Of a stretch of 64,000 nucleotides of DNA, positions 39,901 through 51,900 are shown piece after piece. Origin of the DNA: Amoebophrya sp. A120 (taxonomy: Eukaryota > Protista > Dinoflagellata); the NCBI GenBank assembly GCA_905178155.1, contig CAJINV010000002.1, positions 4,157,214 through 4,221,213 of the forward strand. The letters run 5' to 3'. Position numbers and translations under genes: made by a program. Under the pieces are notes generated by a model, which had not been told where the DNA came from, did no database searches, and saw nothing but the letters and a program-made list of their open reading frames with translations. How positions within the stretch are numbered: position 1 is the stretch's first letter; each line of letters opens with the position of its first letter.

Positions 39901-42900
39901 AAAACTCAGAGAGTCCGCCACGTTATCCAGGCGCTTTGTCATGCTGTAAGGCCTACAGGGTAGACGTCTGCCATGCTAGGCGCGTATATCAAGGGACCCC
40001 TGTCGAGGCTTGGGATCTGCCTGCAGTCTTGTACTGCAATACAAATCTGATTCGTGTACACAAATCCCGCATCACAGATTTGCTCCACTTTGATATGGGG
40101 ATCATTTTTCCTTTTGAAATAGTCACCGGGTTCATGATCTTCAAGCACGAAGGGTGGCAGGACGCGTGCGCGAATGGGTTCAATAACAATCAGGCGAACG
40201 CTATGGAAGCGTCAGGACCGAAATCGTCGAAGTTGATGTTGAAATAGTTTGTGATGCATAAAATGCAACGCAAAAATTGCCTGTCTTGCACTGTAGTCAA
40301 CAAGTGAGGCAGATTGCAAGCTTGTTAAGGGGCAGCAACTGAGGCGCTAAAGTACCATGACAAAAGGCGTCTTCCTTACCCAAACAGCATGACAAACTGG
40401 ATTTCGGTTCTACGCTAATTTTTCATGCGCCACGAGTTGGGAACTGGGTGACAACCGGCATCCATTTTATGCATGGCAAATCATGATTTCAACTTTGTCG
40501 ATTTCGGTCCTGTCAGTCCCATAATCGCCATCCGCCTGTACGGTCTGGCTTCTGACAACGTCACGCCCGAACTGGAAATGCGCCCCGGACCCCCCAGCAT
40601 CCAGACCGGGGGCAGCTGGATTTCGATCAGCAAGCACGTGAACAAGCTCCGGCTGGAGGTGACCCAGGCAAGGTTGTGTTTCTGCGGCATCTGGATCTAC
40701 GAGGACCGCACCAACACGATCACCACCACGCCCGGAGCGACACCGAGCCCGGGGCCGGGGCCGGGACCGGGGGGTCCCAGCCCGGGCCCGGGACCGGCGC
40801 CCGCTACGACGACAACCACGACTATATGGCGTTCTCAACTGTTACATTCTCAACTGTTGCACGAATTTGCCATGCCAAAACAGCAGTAGGGAAAGGGGCA
40901 AGCTTGCAAGTCTTGCATCACAAATTTGGCACGGGTTCAGATGCTGTCTAGCCCTTCGATGATTTGTCATGCGAAGCAGCTTGATTGTCTTGCGGCTCAT
41001 GGTCATTTTGCATGGCAAAGCATGTCACAGCTGAGGATGTAACGTTTGAGAACGCCATAGACTACCACAACCACCACAGAGGAGAGTGTGGCGGAAGGGG
41101 AATTGCTCGCCCCCAACCTGTATGGATTGCAAAAGTATCCGGTGCTTGTATATAATGCATTACAAGTTTCATCAGCATGAGAAACAAAAAATTTGTAATG
41201 CTGATTTACCTTTAAAAAAAAAAATTGCAATGCAATACGAGTATCAGATGCTTTTGCACTTGATAACCTGATCAGTGAGCTAGCGATGACGTCCAGCGGA
41301 AGCTTTTTCAAGCACGACCAGACCCTGTTTGGGCGTTCGGGGAACCTGAACGCGCACCGCGACGGCAAAGAGGCTTTGTACAGCGAGGAGTTCACGCTGG
41401 ACTTGCAGATCAATGACCACTATGCATTGCAAATATCCCTGGATGTCTGGAAGAATGCAAACTTGTGATGCGCATTTCAGAACACAGAAAAATCTCTCAT
41501 GCCATAGGTAGCAAAAGCTGCCGACTTTCTGTCACCAAAATGGGGGACTCGTCATGCGGATTCGGCATTGCGGAAGCTTCTCGAGGCCTGTGATGCTAGA
41601 GCTTCGATGCCACACCTTCTGCGTCATGCAAAATCAGCATGACTCTTCCAGACCCAGACATCTTTGCATTTGATAGCCACTATGTGCCGATTCGGGCCCT
41701 GCGGTCCTCGGGCGGCAGCTGCGCCGGGATCCTGGAGGCGGGCGGGGGCCTCGATGGGCGGTTCTCCTGCGGGGGGGTCGGCGTTACGGCAGACTATTTT
41801 TTTCCCAACTTTTTGGTGGAGGAAAGCCGCCACTTCTTCAACCTGGAAATGGGCATCATATTGAACAAAATCGACAGCACAAACGCAAGGATACACCTAC
41901 AGCACCTGAAGGACGACGGCTCGACGGAGTGGGCAGCTATTTATTTTGATCGCACCAAGAAATTCGGCGTCGCAAATATCCTATGCAAAAACGTCCCCGC
42001 CTCATAGTCAAGATGGGGAATCTGCTAGACAAATCAGCCAGCTTTGGTTGTTGCGCATGACCGGCTTGATGGCCTCGTAGTGTCTTCCTGTTCTTTAGCT
42101 CGTTCAACAGCGTCACAGATCTAGCGCATCACGCTGGTCGGAGCATTACAAGTTTCAAAACACGACTAGGAAATGCTTCTCATGGGGCTGCGCACGAGAA
42201 GCATTTTCAGCATACAGACTCGCATGACAGCTATGGCTATGGGGTGGGGACGTTTTTCCGAATAATAGCAAACTCGTTTTTCGGGTCACAGACCTTGGGC
42301 GGGTCCAGTACCGCTGCGAAAAACGCCCCCAGCGACACTCGGCTTGTATCCAAGAAAAAAACTGTGTATAGTGTAACTTTGTGTTGCAGACGATGCAAGA
42401 CAATTACACCTGTCATGCTGGACATGCGTCCTCAGAGGCTCTTTCCGTACTACGTGTTTTCACGTACTAGCCGCGCATGACAGGAGGCTCTCTCTTTCAT
42501 GCAGAGCAAACTTGTGATGCCATTCCTCCAAGAAAATTCTTACACGAACACAGTTTTTTTCTTGGATAGCTTGGCAAATTCAACTACTTTCGGCTGCTGA
42601 AAGTGGGTACCAAGGTGCATCTATCGAAAGGAAAAATCCCCCCTCCCCATATCGAAAACGAAATTTGTGATGGTTTATTTGAGGTCACAAATCGACTTGT
42701 CATGCCAGAAGGCCAAGAGCCGCAGTCGTGGCCTCGTTTGCAGGCAATTTGTCATGCTGTTTCCCGCTCTCAGCTGCCTCCTATCATGCTGAAGGTGCAA
42801 GGCTTCCCCAAGCCACCCAGCACTACAGTCCGCATCTTTTCCCGTGTAGCATGACAAAGCTGATTTGTGACAACAGATCTGCGTCACAGATTTCCGTTTT

Positions 42901-45900
42901 GATATGGGGAGGGGGGATTTTTCCTTTTGATAGCATCTTTTCTTCAACGGCGAAGAGAAATTTGGCGGCCCGTACACCGTAGGCGATGCAAAAGCATCGT
43001 ACTCGTATGATTTTTGCATTACAAATTTTCTCAGCATGAGAAATGAAATTTGTAATGTGGATTTACCTTCAGAAAAAGATTTGTAATGCATGATTGCAAT
43101 TACGATACTTTTGCACAGGGTACACCGCGCCAGGCAGATTCACCTACCTCCAGCTCAAGGGGGATCGCGCCATCTTCACTCTTATCAAATGCAAATTGGG
43201 CGGTCTGGAATTAAACTTGTGATGCTAAAGTATGGATGAGCCTGCTGCTTTCAAGTGCAGCCACGCATGACAAGTTTAAATGATATTTGACGCCGTCTGA
43301 AGATCATGCGAGGCGCGCATGACAAACTGCGTCCTTACATGACAACAAAGCAACGCTTTTGCTAGCTGGCAATTTATGCAACACAAATTTTTCAGGAATG
43401 CTAGACACGCAACACAAGCTCCACTGTTCGAGAGAACCCAGACATACTTATTTGCACTGGATAACTCTCCCCGTGCTGCACGCCACCGTGGACAGCAGAA
43501 TGCTGGAGAGCGATTGGAATTCGGGCCACCTATTCAGTGCAAATGCATCGTAGTCTTTTTATAATTGCAGATATGCATCACAAATCTAGGTGTTAAGCTG
43601 AATCCGCATTACAAATTCAATTTGTAAAAATGCTAAGAGAAAAATTTGTATTGCAATTTATTTGTACAAACAGTGCGATGCTTTTGCAATCCATACCACC
43701 CGGCGGTCATCAATTTCTTCCTCCAGCGAAACAACTCGTGGCTCCCCGACCCGACGCTGCATATGAATTGCAAAAGTATCGTATTCGTATAAATGCATTA
43801 CAAATTTTCTCAGCATCAGAAATAAAATTAATATTTTAATATTTATATTGCTTGACTTCCGGGTTCTGTAATCACATACCCCAGACGAGAGGTGACGGCG
43901 AGAGGTGACGGCGACAGGTGGCGGCGAGAGGTGAAACGACAGGCGAAACGACAGGCGAAAGGACAGGCGAAACGACAGGCGAAAGGAGAGGCGAAACGAC
44001 AGGCGGCGACGACAGGCCAAAAGTGGCAACTTCCCATGCGGTTTCGCACAAGCAGCATGGACATTCCAAGCAAAAAAATAAATAAAATTGTTATTGACTT
44101 TCGACAAAAAAAAAATAGTTTTTTTTATTTTTATTCACGTGCAAAAAATAAAAATAATTGCTTCACTCTTATCCGAAAAAATAATTAATTACTAATTATT
44201 TTTTCGGATAAGAAGAAACTAATTATTTTTTGCACGTGAAGAAAAACAAAAGAGCTATTTTTTTCACATACCCCAGACGACAGGTGACGGCGACAGGTGA
44301 GGACGAGAGGCGACGGCGACAGGCGAAAGGAGAGGCGAAACGACAGGCGAAAGGAGAGGCGAAACGACAGGCGACGGCGACAGGCCAAAAGTGGCAATTT
44401 CTCACGCGGTTCCGCACCAGCAGCAGCAACAAAAAAAAGCAACGACTCAGCTACTTCCGAGAAGAAAAAGCCAACTTTTTTATTTTTATTCATGTGTAAA
44501 AAATAGCCAGCGCATTCATATCCGAAAAACCGGGACTATTTTATGCACGTGAATAAAAATCAAAAAACTGCTTTGTTGCTCGCGGAACTCAATAGCCCTT
44601 TGCTTTTTTTTGTTGCTGCTGCTGGTGCGGAACCGCATGAAGCGCTGCAGCTTTTGGCCTGGCGTCGTCGCCTGTCGTTTCGCCTGTCGCTCCACCTGTC
44701 GTTTCGCCTGTCGCGTCGCCTGTCGCCGCCGCCTGTCGCCTGGGGTGTCTGATTCCAGAGCCCGGAAGGAAAGTCTGACGCACTTTGGCTCTTTGCCTTT
44801 TCTTTTCGCAAATAAAGGAGAAGCCGATCGCGCCCGAAAAAAAGCGCCTCGGACTGATTTCCAGCGTTTTTAGTAGAATGCCCGCAAATAGCCGGGGCAG
44901 GGGTTTTCTTCTGGAATATCCGCGCACATTCGGGCGGGGGTTGTGTTCTGGAATATTCGAAAGCACTTACCTCCAAAAGCATGAGGCCCGCCAAGAGCCT
45001 TCAGCTGTTCGTGGAATATACGCGAAGAGCCGCGGCAGGGGTTTTGTTCTGGAATATCTGCGAGCACTCTCCCCGGCCGGGGTTTCGGACTGCCCTGGTA
45101 TATTCGCGAGTATTCGGGCGGGGGCTGTGTTCTGAAATATTCCGAAACACTTCGCAAGACCACCTATCGGGCCCGCCAAGGGTCTTCAGGTGTCCTTTCG
45201 GGAGAATCTTCGCGCACAACCCGGGGCGGGTTTGGTTCTGGAATATTCGCGAAGAGCCGGGGAGGGGGTTTTGCTCTGGAATACTCGCAGAGGCTTCCCA
45301 AGGGGCTGTGGGCTCGCTGTCCTGATATACTCGCGAATATTCGGGCGGGGGTTGTGTTCTCGAATATTCGCAATTATTTCGCAAGAGCATAGGGCCCACC
45401 CCGAGTCCCCGGGCGTTCGTAGAATAGTCGCGAACAGCCGGAAGCGGAGTTCTGTTGTGGAATATTCGCGAATTGCCGGGGGAAGGGTTTTGCTCTGGAT
45501 TATTCGCGAATACTTTCCAAGGGGCTTCGGCGAACTAACTTTGGATAAAATCAACTTTACCTCGATGAACTTGATATTTGCTCCTCGGAGCCTTTCTCAG
45601 CATCGCCAAAAAAAAAGAGACTCGCAAGCGACAGCAAGCAGTTATCAAAAAAATACTCTTTGGAGGCTATACGACTATTGAGAGCTCCTCGGAGACTAGA
45701 TCTTACCGATCCAGTGACGATTCATTAAGCAAGCCGATTTGTAATTAATTCTCCTCGGAGCCTAGCAGATTATGCTTCTTCGGAAGCTAGAAGCTATGAT
45801 GCGCCGCGTCTAGTTATCTCGAGTCCTCGGATTCTATACGGTATCGGGCCTTCGGGCATCAGTCGGCCAGTTAAGACTGGGCGATCCCCTCCAAGGGGCT

Positions 45901-48900
45901 TCGGGCTGCCCTGGTATAGTCAAAAATATCTGGGCGGGGGTTGTGTTCTGGAATATTCGGAAATATTTCGCAGGAGCAGGAGGCCCGCCAGGGGTCTGCA
46001 GGGGTATGCTCCTAGAAAGAATATTCGCGAAGAGGCGGGCCAAGGGTAGTTTCGCTTCCTCTGGAATATTCGCGAAGAGCCGGGGAGGGGGTTTTGTTGG
46101 TTCTGGAATATTCGAGAGCAAGTCCCAAGGGGCTTCGGATTGCCCTGAAATATTCGCGGACATTCGGGCGGGGGTTCTTGTGTTCTGGAATGTTCGGGAA
46201 TATTTCGCAAGAATATTGGGCCCGCCAGGAGTCTCCCGGTTTTCCTGGTTGGAATATTCGCGAATAGTCGGGGGGGGGTTTGGTTCTGGAAGATTCGCGA
46301 AGAGTCGGGGAAGGGGTCGTGCTCTGGAATGCTCGCGAATATTTCCCGGGGGGCTCCGGACCGCCGTGATAAATATGTATCCGAATATTCGGGCGGGGGT
46401 TGTGTTCTGGAATATCCGGAAACATTTCGCAAGAGTGTAGGGCCCGCCCCGGGTCTTCGGGTGCTCGGGGAATATTCGCCAACAGCCGGGGAAGGTGTTG
46501 CGTCCGTGGTGGAATATTCGCGAACAGCCTCAGTAGGGGTCTGGACTGTCCTGGAATATGCGCGAATATTCTCCGAAGGGCTTCGGATTGCCCTGATATA
46601 CTCGCGAATATTCGGGCGGGGGTTGTGTTCTGGAATATTTGAAAACTTTGCGCAAGAGTATGGGGCCCGCCCCGAGTCTTGAAGGGAGAGGCCTTCTGCT
46701 GGGACGAATACGCGCGAAAATTTCTCGAGGGGTTGCAGCCCGCTCCGCGTGCGAAGCCCCGGGGCGCCATTTTGGCCGTCAGTAATGCGAAGGCGGGGAA
46801 TCTTGGAAAAGCGTGCAACTTTTTCAAGTTTGCCGAGCTTATCCGAAAATCCAAGGGCGCAAAGCAATCCAGTTGGCCAGCCTTGCCCCGCTCTGTTCCG
46901 TCCCTGGGGTGCCGGGTATCGCGCGAAGCCCCGAGGCCACATTTTGGCCGGCCGCAGGTATTTCCAAGACTGGCAGCCTTCAGAAAATTTCTCAAGTTTG
47001 GCCAGCTTTTCCGAAAAGTAAGCCAGGCCACAGACAAAGCGGCCCAGTTGGCCAGCCTTGGCCCGCTCTGCTCCCTGCTTCTCCGGCTCTCGCGCGAAGC
47101 CCCGAGGCCACAGACTGGCCGCAGGTAATGCGAAGGGAGGCCGGCGGGGAATCTTGGAAAAGTTCGAAAGCTTTCAAGTTTGGCAAGCTTCTCCGAAAAT
47201 CCAAGGCCATGAAGCAGCCCAGCTGCCTGGGCAGCCTTGCCCCGCTCTGTTCTTTGCTTCTTCGGCTATCGCACGAAGCCCCGAGGCAAAGCAATGGCCG
47301 TAGGTAAAGCGAACGCGGGAAATTTTGAAAAGCCCGAAAAGACAAGCCCTCAAGCTTGGCCGGCTTCTCCGAAAACCAAGGCAGGGCCGCAAAGCAGTCC
47401 AGCCGGCCAGCCTTTCCCCGCGCGCCCTGCTCCGTGCCCCTCCGGCTATCGTGCGAAGCCAGGGGGGCCATGCGTTGGCTGCTGGTGATGCGAATGCGGA
47501 AAACCTCGGAAAGACTTGGCAAAATTTCGCAAGTTTGGCTAGCTTTTCCGTAAACCCAACCAAGGCCGCAAAGCCGACCAGCTGGGCAGCCTTGCCCCGC
47601 TCTGTTCCCTTCCTTGCCTCTCCGGCTATCGCACGAAGCCCCGAGGCCGCCCACAGTTTGGCCGGCCGCTCGTAATGCGAAGGCGGGGAACCTTGGAAAA
47701 ACTTGAAAAAATTTCCAAATTTTGCCAGCTTCTCCGAAGAGCCAAGGCCGCAAAGCAGCCCAGCAGGCCAGCCTTGCCCTGCCCGTCTGTTCCTTGCTTC
47801 TCCGGCTATCGCGCGAAGCCCCGACGCCGCAAAGCGGCCGAAGGTAATGCGCGGGCGGGAAACCTTGAAAGAACTCGAGAAACAAAAGCGCGCAAGCTTG
47901 GCCCGCTTTTCCGAAAACCCAAGGCCAAAAAGCAGGCCGGGGCCGGCCTTTCCATCCTTTCTTTGCTCCCTCGCCCCTTGCTTCTCCGGCTACCACGCAA
48001 AGCCCCGCCCGACGCCACAGATTGGCTGAAGGTAATGCGAAGGCGGAAGGCCTTGGAAGGGTTTGAGGAAATTCCCCAAGTTTGGCCAGTTTTTCCGAAA
48101 ACGCAAGGCCGCAAAGCGGTCCAGCTTGCCAGCGTTGCCCCGCCCTGTTCCTTCCTTCTCCGGCTATCGCGCGAAGCCCCGAGGCGGTGGGCTTAGGTAA
48201 TGCCGAAAACTAACCAAAGGCAACACGCAAACAAAGCAGTCCAGCTGGCCAGCCCTGCCCCGCCCTGCTCCCCGCTTCTCCGGCTATCGCGTGAAGCCCC
48301 GAGGCCACAAATTTTTGGCCGCAGGTGATGCGACGGCGGGGCTCCTTGACACTTTGGCCAGCTCTTCCGCAAACCCAAGGCCGCAAAGCAGTCAAGCTCG
48401 CTGGCCAGCCTTGCCGCGCTCTGTTCCTTGCTTCCCCGGCTATCGCGCGAAGCCCCGAGGCCACGGACTGGCCGTAGGTAATGCGAGGCGGGGCATATTG
48501 AAAAAGCACGGAGGCAGCAGAGCAGTCCAGCGCGCTGGCCAGCCTTGCCCCGCTCTGTTCCTTGCTTCGCCACTTATCGCGCGAGGCCCCGGGGCCACAA
48601 ATTGGCCGAAGGGTTGGGAGGGAATGCGAACGGGCGCGGGGAATTTGGAAAAATGCTTGGAGTTTGGCAAGCTTTTCCGAAAAGCCAAGGCCGCAAAGCA
48701 TCCCAGGCTGGCCAGTCTTGCCCCGCCCTGTTCCTTGCTTCTCCGGCTATCGCGCGCGCGAAGCTTCGGGGCCACAGACTGGCCGGAGATAATGCGAAAG
48801 CGGGGCGGCTTGAAAAAGTAAAAGCCCGAAAGCCGCGGGAGCGCTCTCGAGTTTGGCCAAAACCGCAACCAAAGCAGTCCAGCTGGCCAGCCTTGCCCCG

Positions 48901-51900
48901 CTCCTTTCCTTGCCCCTCCGGCTATCGCGCGAAGCCGCGAGGCCACAGATTGGCCGCTCCCAGGTAATGCGAAGCCGGGGAAGTTTGGAAAACCTTGAGA
49001 AAATTTTTCCAGTTTGGCCCGCTTTCCCGAAAACGCAAGGCCGCAAAGCAGTCCAGCCGGCCAGCCTTGCCCCGCTCTGTTCCTTGCGTCTCCGGCTATC
49101 GCGCGAAGCCCCGAAGCCAGAAGTTGGCCGCAGGTAATGCGAACAAGGTGGGGAATCTGGGAAAAAGTTGCGAAAAGTTTTCAAGTTTGGCCCGCTTTTC
49201 CGAAGGCCCAAGGCCACAAAACAGCCCAACGAGCTGGCCCGCCTTGCCCCGGTCTGTTCCTTGCCTCCCCGACCATCGCGCGAAGCTCCGAGGCCAACAA
49301 CAAACCGGCCGTAGGCGATGTGAAGGCGGGAAACCTTGAAACAGCTCGGGGAGATTTGCCAAGTTAGGCCAGCCCCCCCGAAAGCCCAAGGCCGCAAAGC
49401 AGTCCAGCTGGCCGGCCTTCGCCCGCTCTGTTTCTTGCCTCTCCGGCTATCGCGCGAAGCGGCCCCGCGGCCCGCCAGAGATTGGCCGTCGGTAATGTAA
49501 AGGCGGGGAACTTTGGAAAACCTCGGCAGAACTTTTCGACTTTGGCCAGCTGCTCCGAAAACCCAAGGCCGCAAAGCCGTCCCGCTTGCCAGCCTTCCCC
49601 CGCTCTGTCTGCTCCTTGCTTCTGCGGCTATGTACCGCGCGAAGCCCCGAGGCGAGGCCACAGATTGGCCGCAGGTAATGCGAAGGCGGGGACCCTTTGA
49701 AAAGGCTTGAAAAGATTTCGCAAGTTTGGCTAGCTTTTCCGAAAACCCCCCGACACCGCAAAGCAGTCCAGCTGGCCGGCCTGCCTCGCTCTGTTCCTCG
49801 CTTCTCCGGCTATCGGACGAAGCCCCGAGGCCGCAGGTGGTGCGAAGGCCGGGGACCTTGCAGACAGTTGAGAAAAGTTCTCAAGTTAGGCTAGCGCTTC
49901 CGAAAACCTACCCCCCAAGGCCGCAAAGCAGTCCAGCTGGCCAGCCTTGCCCCGCTCTGTTCCTTGCTTCTCCAGCTATCGCGCGAAGCCCCGAGGCCGC
50001 AGATTGGCCGGGGGTAATGCGAGGCGGAACACCTTGGGAAACTTGAAAAGAGCCCCCAAGCCGGGCCATCTTTTCCGAAAACCCAAGCGAGGCCGCACGC
50101 AGCGCAGCCCAGCTGGCCAGCCTTGCCCCGCTCGTATCTTTCCCCTGCTTCTCCGGCTATCGCGCGAAGTCCTGGGGCCACGGATTGGCCGCAGGGAGTG
50201 CGACGGCGGGGAATTTTGAAAAAACCTGACAAAGCGGCCAAAGCTTCCAAGTTTGGCCAGCTGTCCCGGAAGTCTGTCCGAGGCCGCATAGCCTTCCGGC
50301 TGGCCAGCCTTGCCCCGCTCTGTTCCCTGCTTATCCTGCTATCGCGCGAAGCCCCGAGGCCACGCGTTGGCCGCAGGTCATGCGAAAAACTCGAAAAAAA
50401 AAACTTGCAAGCTCGGCAGGCTTTTCCGAAAACCGACCCGAGGCCGCAATCAAAAAAGACCAGCTGGCCAGCCTTGCTCCGCTCTGTCTGTTCCTTGCTG
50501 CTCCGGCTATCGCGCGAAGCCCCGGGGCCGCCCTCACATTGCCCGGAGGTAATGCGAGGGCGGGCGATCTTGAAAAAACTTGGCAAATAAAGCTTGGAAG
50601 CCTGGCAAGCTTCTCCGAAAACCCAAGGCCGCAAAGCGATCCGGCAGGCCAACCTTGCCCCGCTCCTTTCCATCCATCCTAGCTTCCCCAGCTATCGCGC
50701 GACGCCGCGGGGCCAAAGGGTGGCCGTAGGCAATGCGAAGGCGGGCGGGAGATCGTGAAAAAACTTCAAAAAATTTTTGCAAGTTTGGCAAGCTTTTCCG
50801 AAGCCCCCAGGCCTCAGTCAAAGCCGTCCAGCCGGCCCCGGCCTGCCTTGCCCCGCTCTGTGCCGTGCTTCTCCGGCTATTGCGCGAAGCCCCGCGGCCA
50901 CACTTTGGCCGTAGGTAGTGCGAAGCTGGGCGGGGGAAGGGGAGTGCGAAAAAACTTGAAAAATTGTTTCAAGTCCGGCCCGCTTTTCCGAAAACGCAAG
51001 GCCAACTGGCCGGCCTTGCATGCCCCCCTCCGACAGCTCCTTGCTTCCCCCGCTATCGCGCGAAGCCGCGGGGCCGCCTCTATCTTGCATCGGCCTCGGT
51101 AGTTTTTCCCGGTTCGCTTGGCCAGCGTTTCCGAAAACGCAAGGCCGCGCGCAAAGCAGTCCCGCCGGCAAGCCTTGCCCCGCTTTGCTTCATTTTTGCT
51201 CCCTGAGCTACCTAGCGCGCGAAGCCCCAGCGCCACACTTTGGCTGCAGGCGGTGCGACCCTGGGAGGTCTTGCAAAAGCTCCGAAGTCTCGCCGCCTTT
51301 TCCGAAAACTCAGCCAAGCCCGCAAAGCAGCCCAGCGAGCCAGCCATCCCTTGCTCCGTTCTGTTGGCTCCCTGCTTCTCGGGCTATCGCGGAACGCCCC
51401 GGGGCCAAATTTTGGCGGTAGGCAGTGCGAAGTCGGGAAGGGGGGTCTCGGGAAAACGCAGAAAGCTCTGGGGAGCTTGGCAAGCTTTTCCGGGAATGTA
51501 AGGCCGCAAAGCGGTCCAGCGAGCTGGCCAGCCTTGCCCCGCTCTGTTCCTTGCTTCTCCGGCGCTCGTGCGAAACCCCGAGGCCCGCCACATTTTGGCC
51601 GTAGGTGATACGAACGCGGGCGGGGGACCTTGAGGAAAGTGGCAAAGCCTTTTCAAGTGTGGCCAGCTTTTCCGAAAACCGACGCAAGGCCGCAAAGGAA
51701 GCAACACAGCTGGCCAACCTTGCCCCGCTCCCTCCCTCTGTTCTTCTCTTCTCCGGCTATCGCGCGAAGCCCCGGGGCCACATTTTGGCCGTGGGTAGTC
51801 GCGGGGCGGGAAGTCTTGAAAAAGCTTGAAGGCTTCAAGCTGAGCCACCTTATCCGAAAACCCAAGGCCACAAAGCCATCCAGCTCGCCAGCCTTGCTCC

